This document shows positions 35,005 through 44,800 of a stretch of 64,000 nucleotides of DNA, piece after piece; within the stretch, counting starts at the first letter, position 1; every line of letters starts with the position of its first letter. A model generated the notes under the pieces. It worked only from the letters and a program-made list of their open reading frames with translations, did no database searches and was not told where the DNA came from. The DNA is from Spirochaetia bacterium (GTDB lineage Bacteria; Spirochaetota; Spirochaetia; SZUA-6; Bin103): assembly GCA_965203515.1 (NCBI GenBank), contig OZ241907.1, positions 2,400,001 to 2,464,000 on the forward strand, written 5' to 3'. The position numbers and the translations under genes are program-made.

Positions 35005-36771
35005 TCAGCCGGCCGACTGCTCGCCGCCGCGCGGCGGCGCATCCATGCGGACGGTCACGATCTCAGTGTCGTGGTACTGCTCGTGCCGCACCGAAGACGC
35101 CAGGTGCCGCAGGAGCCGCAGCGAGAACTCCCGCTCGTCCGGGGCCTCGGCGGACGGCGCTTCGAGCAGCGCGAGCCGGTCCTGGAGGTTCTCCCTGCCG
35201 GCGGACGCGGTGAACTCGAGCACCGCCCCGCCGTCCTGCCGGTAGGCGACCAGCAGCAGTCGCCGCCGGTCGCGCTCCTGACCCGCTTCATCCGGTCCGA
35301 TGAGCGACAGCAGCGTCTCCTCGGCGGCGGCGTCGAGACGCTGCGCCATCGCCGCGTCCCAGCCGTTGCGGGAGGCGAACGCACCGAGAAACGCCGTGAT
35401 CTTCGGCAGGTTGGACAGATCGGCCTCTACTTCGAGGCGGCTGCGCCGGGGCGCGGTCAACTCCATGAACAGCGTCATCAGGATCGCCACCAGACCGCCG
35501 GCGGTCATGCCGTTCTGCAGCAGACCTCCGGCGAACTCCGAGAAGTACCGGGGAAAGATCACGCCGCTCTGAAAGCCGGTGCCGGCCCAGAACGAGATGC
35601 CGACGACCAGTCCCCGGCGATAGTCGATCCCGTCATGCACCACCATCTTCAAGCCCTGTACGAAGAGCATCGACATGATCACCAGCAGGTAGGCCGCGCC
35701 CACCGGCCCGGGAATCGCCACCACCGCCGCCAGCGCCTTGGGCAGGAACGCCAGCGCGACGTAGACGATGCCGATAGCGACGCCGACGCGACGGGCCGCG
35801 ACGCCGGTGAGCTCGGTGATGGCGACGGAGCTCGAATAGGTCGTGTTGGGTACGGTTCCCGCCAGGCCGGACAGCAGGTTGCCCGCCCCGTCGGCGGCCA
35901 ACCCGCCCTGCACCGCGCGAAAGTCGATCGCCCGAGGCCGGCGCCAGGAGACGCGCTGGATCGCGACCGAGTCGCCGATCGTCTCGATGGCGCCGATCAG
36001 CGTCACGAACACGAATGCCGGAAGAAGCGCCCAGAAGATCGGTCCGAAGCTCAGGTCGAAGCCGGGCCAGCCGCTGTCGGGAATGCCGATCCACGCCGCC
36101 CTGGCGACCGCGGCCGCGTCATAGACGCCGAACGCGCCGGCGACCGCGGAGCCGGCGGCGACGCCGATGACCGGCGCCCAGAGGCGCAGCGGGCCGGTCG
36201 CCTTCAGCGCCAGTCCGGCGATGACCAGCACGGTTGCCAGCGCGCACGCCGGCGCCGACAGCGGCGGAGCGTCGTCCGGCACCTGCTTCAGCATGTCGAA
36301 GACGATCGGCATCACCGTGACCGCGATCAGCATGATCACCGTACCCGCCACGGTGGGCGTCAGCACCCGGCGCAGCAACGAGAGCCGCGCGGCCAGCGCG
36401 AACTGGAACAGGGACGAGATGATCACCAGCGTGGCGAGCATGGCGGGCCCGCCGCGCGCCAACGCCGTGACGCAGACCGCGATGAACGCGCCGGACGTAC
36501 CCATCAGCAGCACGTAGCCGGCGCCGATCCGACCCACGCGGATCGCCTGCAGCATGGTGGTGACGCCGCTCACCGCGACGGCCGCAAACACCGCCCACGA
36601 CAGATATGTTTCGCTGCCGCCGGCGGCGCGGATCACGATCGCCGGCGTCAGGACCACGCCGGCGATGCTCAGTATCATGAATTGCGCCCCAAGGCCGAAC
36701 GTCAGCGCCCGTGGAGGCTTGTCGTCGGGCTCGTAGCGAACGCCCGCGCGGTCGGCGATCTGGTTGCGCAT
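35005..36771 (-). CDS. NCS2 (xanthine/uracil permease-like) transporter fused to a C-terminal degenerate RsbW/HATPase-like domain
   Basis: YEPDDKPP, GVTTMLQ, ETIGD, ADGAG, PNTTYS, IPGPV; soluble tail of about 130 aa; start ATG 36771. Confidence 0.8.
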   Translation of the reverse strand: MRNQIADRAGVRYEPDDKPPRALTFGLGAQFMILSIAGVVLTPAIVIRAAGGSETYLSWAVFAAVAVSGVTTMLQAIRVGRIGAGYVLLMGTSGAFIAVCVTALARGGPAMLATLVIISSLFQFALAARLSLLRRVLTPTVAGTVIMLIAVTVMPIVFDMLKQVPDDAPPLSAPACALATVLVIAGLALKATGPLRLWAPVIGVAAGSAVAGAFGVYDAAAVARAAWIGIPDSGWPGFDLSFGPIFWALLPAFVFVTLIGAIETIGDSVAIQRVSWRRPRAIDFRAVQGGLAADGAGNLLSGLAGTVPNTTYSSSVAITELTGVAARRVGVAIGIVYVALAFLPKALAAVVAIPGPVGAAYLLVIMSMLFVQGLKMVVHDGIDYRRGLVVGISFWAGTGFQSGVIFPRYFSEFAGGLLQNGMTAGGLVAILMTLFMELTAPRRSRLEVEADLSNLPKITAFLGAFASRNGWDAAMAQRLDAAAEETLLSLIGPDEAGQERDRRRLLLVAYRQDGGAVLEFTASAGRENLQDRLALLEAPSAEAPDEREFSLRLLRHLASSVRHEQYHDTEIVTVRMDAPPRGGEQSAG

Positions 36772-36909
36772 GCAGTCGGTCTCCGGGCCGTCGCCGGCCT
36801 GACGCCGCGCGATCATAGCCGGCCGGCCCCTGGCGTGGCCAGCATCGCGCGGCCAGCATCGCCTCCGCTTTCTGTGAAACCGCCAGCGTGAGTATACTTT
36901 GCGGGTCCC

Positions 36910-37890
36910 GTGAAGTCCGTTAAGCGCGTGCGGCCGGCCGCCGTCGCGGTGCTTGTGCTGGCGGCGGTCGCCGTGGTCCCGTGGATGATCGGGCGCTACG
37001 ATGACCGCCGCGCGGCGCCGCCCGCCGCGGGCGAGGCCGAGACCGTCGCCGTGCCGGCCGTGGTGCGCGGCGCCGATGCGCCGTGGCTGGTCGGTCTGCA
37101 GATCGGGCACCTGGACGCGGCGCTGCTGCCCGACGAACTGCGCCGCCTGCGCACCTCCACCGGGGCGCAGGCCGGCGGCATCAGCGAGGTGGAGATCAAC
37201 CGGGCGGTCGTTCACGCGGCCGCAGACATCCTCAAGGCCGAAGGCGTCGAGGTCGCGATCCTGCCGGCCACCATCCCGCCAGGATTCGACGCCGACGCCT
37301 TCGTGGCGATCCACGCCGACGGCAACGCCAATACCGCCGTGCGCGGCTACAAGGCGTCGCCGCCCTGGTACGCCTCACCGGCGTCGCGCCTGCTGGTCGC
37401 CGCATTGCGCGACCACTACGGACCGGCCACCGGCCTGCCGGAGGACCTGAACGGGGTCACCTACAACATGCGCGGCTACTACGCCTTCAGCGGCTATCGC
37501 TACCGGCACGCCATCGCCGCCACCACGCCGGCGGCGATCTTCGAGCTGGGCTACCTGAGCAACGACCGGGACCGTGCGTACCTGCGCGAGCGGCCGGAGG
37601 AAGCGGCCCGAGCCCTTGCCGGCGGCGTGCTGGCCTACCTGGAGCAGCGCGACCCGCACGACCGCCAAGCGCTCCTGCCGGCACGGCCGATGCTCCTGAG
37701 ATCGCCGCGCACCGGCGCCGCCGTGCACGCCTCCCCCGACTATCGATCCTCCGTGCGGATGCACCTGCAGCGGGGGGACCGGCTGTCGGTGCTGGGCCGC
37801 GTGGGTGACTGGTACGACGTGCGCGTGCTCGGCAGCTACCGCAACTTCGGTTGGGTGCGCGCCGCCGATCTCGCTCCAACCGAATCCTGA
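36910..37890 (+). CDS. N-acetylmuramoyl-L-alanine amidase (Amidase_3) with C-terminal SH3b-like domain
   Basis: LQIGH, EVEIN, FVAIHADG, IFELGYLSN; C-terminal GDWYDV...GWV. Confidence 0.85.
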   Translation: MKSVKRVRPAAVAVLVLAAVAVVPWMIGRYDDRRAAPPAAGEAETVAVPAVVRGADAPWLVGLQIGHLDAALLPDELRRLRTSTGAQAGGISEVEINRAVVHAAADILKAEGVEVAILPATIPPGFDADAFVAIHADGNANTAVRGYKASPPWYASPASRLLVAALRDHYGPATGLPEDLNGVTYNMRGYYAFSGYRYRHAIAATTPAAIFELGYLSNDRDRAYLRERPEEAARALAGGVLAYLEQRDPHDRQALLPARPMLLRSPRTGAAVHASPDYRSSVRMHLQRGDRLSVLGRVGDWYDVRVLGSYRNFGWVRAADLAPTES

Positions 37891-37896
37891 TCCGCC

Positions 37897-39078
37897 ATGC
37901 CGGCAACGCCCGATCCATCGCCAACGCGGTACGACCTCACGATCGTCATCCTCTGCCGCAACGAAGAGGGTTCCATCGCTCACTGCGTCGCCGAGGCCCG
38001 CGGATTCCTGGATCGGAACGGCATCGAAGGCGAAGTCGTGGTCGTCGACAACGGCAGCCGCGACCGCTCGGCCGATCTGGCCCAAGGCGCGGGCGCACGG
38101 GTCGTTGCCGAGCCGAGCCCGGGGTACGGCAACGCGATCAACGCCGGCATCGACGCCGCCCGCGGGCGCTTCGTCATCCTGGGAGACGGCGACGGTGAAC
38201 ATGATCTGGGATCGCTGGAGCCGTACTACGAAAGGCTGCGCGACGGCTTCGACTTCGTGTTCGGAAACCGGTTCGCGAACGGCGCCGCCGCTTCGGGCCG
38301 GTTGCGCAACGCCGGCACCGCGGTCCTGTCGGTGGTCGGCAAGGTGCTGTTCCGCTCGCCGGTCAGCGACTTCAACTGCGGCCTGCGGGGATTCAAGGCG
38401 TCGAGCGCGCGCTCCCTTGCGCTCCGGTGCACGGGGATGGAAGCGGCCAGCGAGATGATCGTCAAGGCCGTGCAGGCCGGCATGCGCATCGCGGAAGTGG
38501 CGGTGGCGCAGCGCCACGCGATCGACCCGGACCGCGTTTCGCACCTGCGGGTCTGGCGGGACGGCTGGCGTCATCTACGGCTGCTGTTGATGCTGTCTCC
38601 CCGCTGGCTCTACTTCTACCCAGGCTGCCTGCTGTTCGCGGCCGGCGCGCTGGCGATCCTGGCGCCGATCCTGTATCCGGTGGAAGCGGGCGGAGAGTAC
38701 GGGTCGTACACCATGCTGTTCGGCGCGGTGTTCGTCGTGTGCGGGGTGCAACTGATCATCTTCTCGCTGCTGGCGAGCGCGTTCTGCGAGAACATCGGTC
38801 TGTCGGACGGACTCTGGGCGCGGCTGAACCCGAAGAGCGGCCTGATCCTGGAAGGCGGCGTGGTGACGGGACTCCTGCTGGTGCTGGTGGGAGCGGCGGG
38901 AAGCGTCTGGAGCCTGGTCGTATGGGCGCAGACCGGTAGCCCGAACCTCGAGCTGCGGATGCGCGTGGCGATTCCGTCCGTAACGCTCCTGATCTGCGGC
39001 GTCGAGCTGATATTCTCCGCGTTCTTCTACGGGCTGCTGTCGACGCAGGGGACCGTGCGCGGATCGAGCGAGCGGTGA
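37897..39078 (+). CDS. GT2 glycosyltransferase (dolichol-phosphate-mannose synthase-like) with C-terminal TM helices
   Basis: CRNEE, VVDNGSRD, GYGNA, DGDGEHD, SDFNCGLRG, EMIVKA, SHLRVWRDGWRHL. Confidence 0.9.
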   Translation: MPATPDPSPTRYDLTIVILCRNEEGSIAHCVAEARGFLDRNGIEGEVVVVDNGSRDRSADLAQGAGARVVAEPSPGYGNAINAGIDAARGRFVILGDGDGEHDLGSLEPYYERLRDGFDFVFGNRFANGAAASGRLRNAGTAVLSVVGKVLFRSPVSDFNCGLRGFKASSARSLALRCTGMEAASEMIVKAVQAGMRIAEVAVAQRHAIDPDRVSHLRVWRDGWRHLRLLLMLSPRWLYFYPGCLLFAAGALAILAPILYPVEAGGEYGSYTMLFGAVFVVCGVQLIIFSLLASAFCENIGLSDGLWARLNPKSGLILEGGVVTGLLLVLVGAAGSVWSLVVWAQTGSPNLELRMRVAIPSVTLLICGVELIFSAFFYGLLSTQGTVRGSSER

Positions 39079-42000
39079 CCGGTCCGGGAGCCGAGGGGGG
39101 AGCGCCGCGGCGGCGCTCCCCCCTGGCATCGATCGCCGTCTACGCGGCGGCGGCGCTGCTCGGTACGGCGCTGTTCATCTTCCTGCACTACCTTGGCAAC
39201 CGGATTCACTATCGCGCAGCCGCACAGAGATTCGCCGCGGAGATCGAGACCGACCGGCCGAACGAGAGCTTTGCCGCGGGATTCAATACCCCATTCGAGT
39301 ACTGCAAGCTTTCGACGATGGTCCTGGCCGGATCGTTCCTGCCGTCCGAAATCGGCAGCAACGGTTTCCGCGACGCGCTGCTGTTGAAGGGGTTGGCGCC
39401 GCAAGACGTCTACTACGATTACTGCGACGAGCTGGCGGACGCGGTAAACGGGGTCCGCCTGTATGAGGAATTCTCATCGACGCACTACTGGTGGGGAAGC
39501 AAGGCGCTCTATGCGATCATGCTGCGCGCCTTTTCCGTTCAGGACATCCGCCTCCTGATACGGTATGCCGCGTACGCCGGTTGGATCGCGCTGGCGGCCG
39601 CGCTGCTGCTGCTCGCGCCCCGCACGCTGATCATCCTGGCACCGCTGATCCTCTTCGGCGGCCTGTTCTCCGGCATCCGCTGGTTCTCCGGCGTACCCAA
39701 TGGCATGCCGTACGCCTGGACGGTCTGGGCGGCCGTCGCGCTGGTCGTCGTCATGCGCGCGCGGCTGCCGGCGGGGATCACGCCGGAGACGCGCCTGCGG
39801 CTGACGCGGCTGGTCTGCTTCGCCGCCGGCATGGTGGCGGCCTACCTGTCGCTGGGCGACGCGATCACCATCCCGCTGTTCACGCTCATCGGCATGCTGG
39901 TCTACTTCGGGTACGGCCACCAAGGCGAACCGGCCCGCAGGGCGCGGCTCGCCGGCGGGTGCATCGGGCTCTGCGTCGCCGGATTCGCGGCCTCCTACGC
40001 CTTGGGTCAGGCGGCCAAGATGGCGCTCGAGGCGTGTCTCGTTCCCGACTGGTTCGCGTGGCGGGCAGCGTGCGAAGGGGCACCGCAGGATGGACTGACG
40101 TGGCGGCTCTTGACCAGCAGGTGGCTCTTAGTCCTGGACCTGACCGTCGAGGAGTCGATCACGAGTCTGCCGGCCGGTACCGCAGGCGTTCTCGAGCCGT
40201 ACTGGCAGGTCGGGTTGGGAAGCGTGCCGGCCGGCAGAATCCTGACCGGGGCCGCGGCCCTGGCGTGCGCCGCGGCCGCCGGGGCCGCGGCCCTGCAGGC
40301 GCGCGGCGGCCGCCCGGCGCCGCTGCGCGCCATGGGGTGGATCGCGGCGCTCATGGCGCTTGCCGCCGTGCAGCTGCTGGTGCCCGACGACCTGATCTAC
40401 CGCCGCGGGCGATACCTGTTCGTGCCGTACTCGCTGACGCTGTGCGCCGCGCTCGCGGCCGTCCTGGAGACCGGCTTGGCCCGGCGCGCCGCGAACGCCG
40501 CGAACGCCGCCCGGCGCGCTCTGGCGCGCAGCCGCGCCGCGAACGCCGCCCGGCGCGCTCTGGCGCGCAGCGGCGCCGTTCGCCGCGCGGCCCGGCTGGA
40601 CGGGTTGCCGATGTTGCTGGCGGCGCTCGGCGGGGTCGGCGCGCTGCTGGTGCTGCTGCGGGAGGCCGCCTACGGGCCGGGGCTGACGGCCGACTCGGCG
40701 TTGTACGTGTCGGCCGCGCGCAACCTGCTGGACGGCAACGGGCTGGTCACCTTTCTGGGCGCCCCGTATCGAGCCGCGGCGCCGCTCTTCCCGCTGACCC
40801 TGGCGGGCGCCGGCCTGTTCGGAGCGGACGCGGTCACGGCGGCGGGATACGTCAATGCCGCCGCCTTCGGTCTGACGGTATACGCCGTGGCCACATGGGT
40901 GCGCAGCCGCGTCCGATCCCGGCTGCTGGCCGTCTGGGCGGCCTGCGCCTGCGTCCTGTCGACCTCGCTGGTCGACGTCGCGGTGTACGCGTGGCCCGAG
41001 ATCCCCTTCATCCTGTTCGCCGTCGCGGCGCTGGCCACGCTGGACCGCTTTCTGCGCACCGGACGGCGGTCGTCGCTCCTCCTGGCGACGGCGGCCGCGG
41101 CCGCCGCTTGCCTGACGCACTACGCCGGGGTGGCGCTGATCGGCAGCGGGGCGCTGCTCCTGTTGCTGCCGAGAACCGCCGCGGTGCGGAGCCGGCTGGC
41201 GCACGCCGCGGTCTGGAGCGGCGGAGCGGCGGCGGCGGTCGGGGCATGGCTGGTGAGCAGCGTCGTGGTGAACGGCGCGTCACTGGCAACGGCCGGTTCC
41301 GGCGGATTCCTGCCGCTGCCGAGTCTCCACACCGCCACCAGCGAACTCGTCCGCTGGCTCATCGGAGGCGCCGGGCTCGGCCTGCTGGACCGGCTGGCCC
41401 TGGGAATCGCGGGCGCCGGCGCCGCGGGATATCCCCGCGCGGCCGTGCTCGGGTTGCGGATTGCGGTTCTGCTGGTACCGGCGGCCGGCGCCGGGTACCT
41501 GCTCGCGCGGGCCCGTTCCCAACTCCTGCCGGCACCTCACGCCGCGGCCATTGCCCTCGTGTTCGCGGCGGCGTACGCGCTGTATCTGCTGCTGGCCCTT
41601 CCCGCCGCCGGCGCCGCGCTGGAGCTCAGGCACCTGGCGCCGCTGTTCCCGCCGTTGCTGGTTACGGCAGCGGTCGTCCTGGACCGGTTGATCGCCGCCC
41701 TTCGGCCGGAGCGGCGCGGGCTGGTGGGGCGGCGGCTCGCCGCCGCGCTGCTGTTCTCGACGTGGTTCGCGCCGCAGGTGGGAGCGACTACCGAACACGT
41801 GAACCAGTGGCTCGCGAACGGCGGCGGCTACGCCTCGCGGCGCTGGTCGGAGTCCGCCGTGATGCGCTACCTGAACGCCGCCGGCGGCACGCCCGCGGCC
41901 CCGCTCCTCGGCACCGACGGCGCCGCGCTCTACCTGCTGGCGCCGGCCGCGGCCGGCGCTCCGCGCCAGCTTCCGCGGGATCTTTCCCCGACGCGGACCC

Positions 42001-43907
42001 GGCTTGCCGCAGAAGGAGCCGCCGGCCGGGAGCACTACATCGTCTGGTTCTACCAGGACTCGGGACGGCACGGCTACGACCTGGAGACATTGATACGAAC
42101 GCCGGGAATGGAGGTCGCGGCCGCCGTGGACGACGGCGTCATCCTGCGGAGCGGGGCGCCGGACGGGACGCCGGAAGCGGACGGCTTCATGCGCCCCCTG
42201 CTGCAGGATGCCGGCATCGGCGTTCAATCCGGGTTCACGGTCTACCTGGACGCCGCCGCCAACCGGCTGATCTACTTCAAGAGCGGGTGTGGGGACGCTG
42301 ACGCCGCGGCGCGGTTCTTCCTCCACGTCCACCCGGTCAACCACAACGATCTCCCCTTACACTCGTGGGCGTTTCACAACCTGGACTTCGACTTCGACCG
42401 CCACGGGTTCCACTACCGCGGTCGCTGCGTGGCGATCCGCGATCTTCCCGACTACCGCATCGCCTACCTTGCGACCGGCCAGTTTACGCCGCGCGACGGG
42501 CAACTCTGGAACGTAACGCTGACCGAACCGCGGGCGCGCCGCGACTTCGCCGTCCACTGGCGCGGAAACACGCTGGTCTACCTCAAGGAGCCGTGCGCCG
42601 CCGAAGATGTCCGGGCGCAGTTCTTCCTGCGCCTCCGCCCGGCCGCGGCCGAGGGCTTCGACCATCTGGAGTTCGACTTCCGCGACTACGGCGTGGCGGC
42701 CGACGGAAGGTGCCGGGCCGTGGTTCCGCTTCCCGCCTATGAAATCGCCGGCATCCGCACCGGCCAGCAGGCCGCCGCCGGCGGCGAGCCGCTGTGGGCC
42801 GCGGAGTTCACCGCCAGCCGGCCGCCTCCCGCGCCTCCCGAACTCACCATCGCGAAGTGGTTCGACGACCATGCCGCGGCGATCTCCATCACCTATGACG
42901 GCGTGTCCGGGGCGCCCAACCGGATCGACAAGCTGGTACTGGATGAGGGGCTGGTGCTGGACTACGAGATAGTCACCCAGCGTTACCTCGACCAGGTGCC
43001 CGATTGGGTCGAGCACGACTTGACCGAGCTGGTCCCGGACGTCGTTCCCGGCGACCTGTACCGACCGATGACCGACGCCGCGATCGAGCACAGCCTGTCG
43101 CTCACCGCCCACGGGTTCGGCTTCTTCGGACACGGGCACTGGCACGTCGATCACGACGCCCTCACCTACGCTCAGGCCTACGATTCGTTCCGGCTCTGCT
43201 TCGAGGTGATGGAGGATCTGGGGCTGGAGCCGGTGGCCTACGCCTATCCGCGCGGGGCCGGCGGCGAAGCGGAAACCCAACAGGCGCTGGCCGACGCCGG
43301 CTTTCTGGCCGGCCGGCTCTCGTTTCCGGCGATGGGTCAGACCCCGTACATCGTCCCCGACGCCGCCACCACCCCCGAAAACTGGTTCTTCCTGCCCGGC
43401 CTGACCATGGAAAGCATCCGCTTCCGGGAGTGCGAGTGGTGCATCAACGACACTTCAGAGCTGGTTCCGGTCCTGGATCAGGCGCTCGCCAGGACGGCAT
43501 GGATCATACCCGTGTACCACAACATCGGCAGCGCGGGTTGGGGATTCTACGAATGGGAAGACTTCGAGGGGGACGTGCGCGCCATCGCCGCCCGCGACTT
43601 CTGGGTCGCCCCGATGAACGACGTCGTGCTCTACCTGCGGGAACGGGAGCGCGCCGAGGCCGCCCTGCAGGTGATCGAACGGGACGGAGTGACGCGCCGG
43701 ATAGCGTTCGTGCTGGCCGACGGCCTGGACAATGACCGGTTCGACCAGCCGCTGACGTTGCGCTTCAGGCGGCCGGCGGACTGGTTCGGAGCGCCGCTCG
43801 AGGTCACCCAGAACGGCCGCTTGGTCGCCCGCATCGCCGCGTTCGTGGAGACGGCCGCGATCTCGCTGCCGCCGAACGAGGAACCGTATCTCGTGCAGCC
43901 CTCCTAG
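39075..43907 (+). CDS. Large multidomain membrane protein: N-terminal polytopic module, GT-C (ArnT/PMT-like) module, two copies of a two-Cys domain, polysaccharide deacetylase-like domain
   Basis: 1610-aa ORF; DSALYVSAARNLL and PLFPL loop motifs; two FFL(H/R)...DF repeats; SITYDG, HGHWH, AYPRG, YHNI; GTGA overlap with the GT2 gene. Confidence 0.7.
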   Translation: MTGPGAEGGAPRRRSPLASIAVYAAAALLGTALFIFLHYLGNRIHYRAAAQRFAAEIETDRPNESFAAGFNTPFEYCKLSTMVLAGSFLPSEIGSNGFRDALLLKGLAPQDVYYDYCDELADAVNGVRLYEEFSSTHYWWGSKALYAIMLRAFSVQDIRLLIRYAAYAGWIALAAALLLLAPRTLIILAPLILFGGLFSGIRWFSGVPNGMPYAWTVWAAVALVVVMRARLPAGITPETRLRLTRLVCFAAGMVAAYLSLGDAITIPLFTLIGMLVYFGYGHQGEPARRARLAGGCIGLCVAGFAASYALGQAAKMALEACLVPDWFAWRAACEGAPQDGLTWRLLTSRWLLVLDLTVEESITSLPAGTAGVLEPYWQVGLGSVPAGRILTGAAALACAAAAGAAALQARGGRPAPLRAMGWIAALMALAAVQLLVPDDLIYRRGRYLFVPYSLTLCAALAAVLETGLARRAANAANAARRALARSRAANAARRALARSGAVRRAARLDGLPMLLAALGGVGALLVLLREAAYGPGLTADSALYVSAARNLLDGNGLVTFLGAPYRAAAPLFPLTLAGAGLFGADAVTAAGYVNAAAFGLTVYAVATWVRSRVRSRLLAVWAACACVLSTSLVDVAVYAWPEIPFILFAVAALATLDRFLRTGRRSSLLLATAAAAAACLTHYAGVALIGSGALLLLLPRTAAVRSRLAHAAVWSGGAAAAVGAWLVSSVVVNGASLATAGSGGFLPLPSLHTATSELVRWLIGGAGLGLLDRLALGIAGAGAAGYPRAAVLGLRIAVLLVPAAGAGYLLARARSQLLPAPHAAAIALVFAAAYALYLLLALPAAGAALELRHLAPLFPPLLVTAAVVLDRLIAALRPERRGLVGRRLAAALLFSTWFAPQVGATTEHVNQWLANGGGYASRRWSESAVMRYLNAAGGTPAAPLLGTDGAALYLLAPAAAGAPRQLPRDLSPTRTRLAAEGAAGREHYIVWFYQDSGRHGYDLETLIRTPGMEVAAAVDDGVILRSGAPDGTPEADGFMRPLLQDAGIGVQSGFTVYLDAAANRLIYFKSGCGDADAAARFFLHVHPVNHNDLPLHSWAFHNLDFDFDRHGFHYRGRCVAIRDLPDYRIAYLATGQFTPRDGQLWNVTLTEPRARRDFAVHWRGNTLVYLKEPCAAEDVRAQFFLRLRPAAAEGFDHLEFDFRDYGVAADGRCRAVVPLPAYEIAGIRTGQQAAAGGEPLWAAEFTASRPPPAPPELTIAKWFDDHAAAISITYDGVSGAPNRIDKLVLDEGLVLDYEIVTQRYLDQVPDWVEHDLTELVPDVVPGDLYRPMTDAAIEHSLSLTAHGFGFFGHGHWHVDHDALTYAQAYDSFRLCFEVMEDLGLEPVAYAYPRGAGGEAETQQALADAGFLAGRLSFPAMGQTPYIVPDAATTPENWFFLPGLTMESIRFRECEWCINDTSELVPVLDQALARTAWIIPVYHNIGSAGWGFYEWEDFEGDVRAIAARDFWVAPMNDVVLYLRERERAEAALQVIERDGVTRRIAFVLADGLDNDRFDQPLTLRFRRPADWFGAPLEVTQNGRLVARIAAFVETAAISLPPNEEPYLVQPS
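40487..40571 (+). repeat. In-frame tandem duplications (9-bp and 39-bp periods)
   Basis: CGCCGCGAACGCCGCCCGGCGCGCTCTGGCGCGCAGC occurs twice; encodes AANAANAARRALARSRAANAARRALARS. Confidence 0.85.
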
Positions 43908-44800
43908 CCCTGGCCGACCGCGCCGGGCTCGCCGCGGCCGGCCCCGTTCATCGACCGTTCATGCAACGCCGTCATCGTGGTCCAGCGATAGCCTTGACGG
44001 CGCAGGCGTTCGCCCAGCGCCGCCAAGTCGCCGAATCCCCGCTGGCGCCGCCGAACCAGCGCGTGGGCGCCCTTCAACCACAGCGGCAGCGGCGACTTGC
44101 CGAGGCGGCCGTCCGGCACCAGGTCGACCATGTGCATGTCGTATACCACCAGATCGGGCAAGGCCGCGGCGCGCTCCAGCAGCGATTCGCCGAACGGTCC
44201 CAGGAGCTGCCGGTAGGAGCAGATGAACGGGATCGTGCCCCGGCCCCGCCACCGCCAGCTCGCCACCGGATACTCAGCCAGCGAGTCGTCGAACAGAAAC
44301 CAGTCGCCGCGCCGAAACACGGCGTCCGGCCGGCAGCCGAAGCCGATGCCCGGCAGGATGGAGGAATCCCAGGCGAAGCCGGCCGCCATCAGCGCGTCGA
44401 ACAAATCTTCCGTCAAGCCGTAGGTGTGCGCGCGGTAGCCGCGCGGCGCGGCGCCGACGAAGCTCCCGAACGCGTCGATGCCCGCCTCGAGGCTCTCCGC
44501 GGTGTCGCCCGGCTGGCGGTGGTCATGGCAGTGGAGGTGCAGGTCGGCCCCGGCCTCGATCAGGCAGGTGCAAAGATCAGGGCGTTCGACGAACAGGCGC
44601 CCTTCGACGAAGGCCGTCAACGGCATCCCCATGCCCGCTACCGCGGCCAGCAGATCGGGCAACCGGTTCAACGCCTCGCTGCCGCCGCCGTTGTAGTCGT
44701 GCTCCACGTCGATGGTCAGCGCGGCGACCTTGTGGGGCACGCGCCGCGCGTCGATCCGGTGCGCCGCGGCGTCGAAGGCCCGTCCGCTGCGCCACCTCAT
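43904..44800 (-). CDS. Polysaccharide deacetylase family protein
   Basis: LTIDVEHD, TAFVEG, HCHDH, GYRAH, WDSS; start ATG 44800. Confidence 0.85.
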   Translation of the reverse strand: MRWRSGRAFDAAAHRIDARRVPHKVAALTIDVEHDYNGGGSEALNRLPDLLAAVAGMGMPLTAFVEGRLFVERPDLCTCLIEAGADLHLHCHDHRQPGDTAESLEAGIDAFGSFVGAAPRGYRAHTYGLTEDLFDALMAAGFAWDSSILPGIGFGCRPDAVFRRGDWFLFDDSLAEYPVASWRWRGRGTIPFICSYRQLLGPFGESLLERAAALPDLVVYDMHMVDLVPDGRLGKSPLPLWLKGAHALVRRRQRGFGDLAALGERLRRQGYRWTTMTALHERSMNGAGRGEPGAVGQG

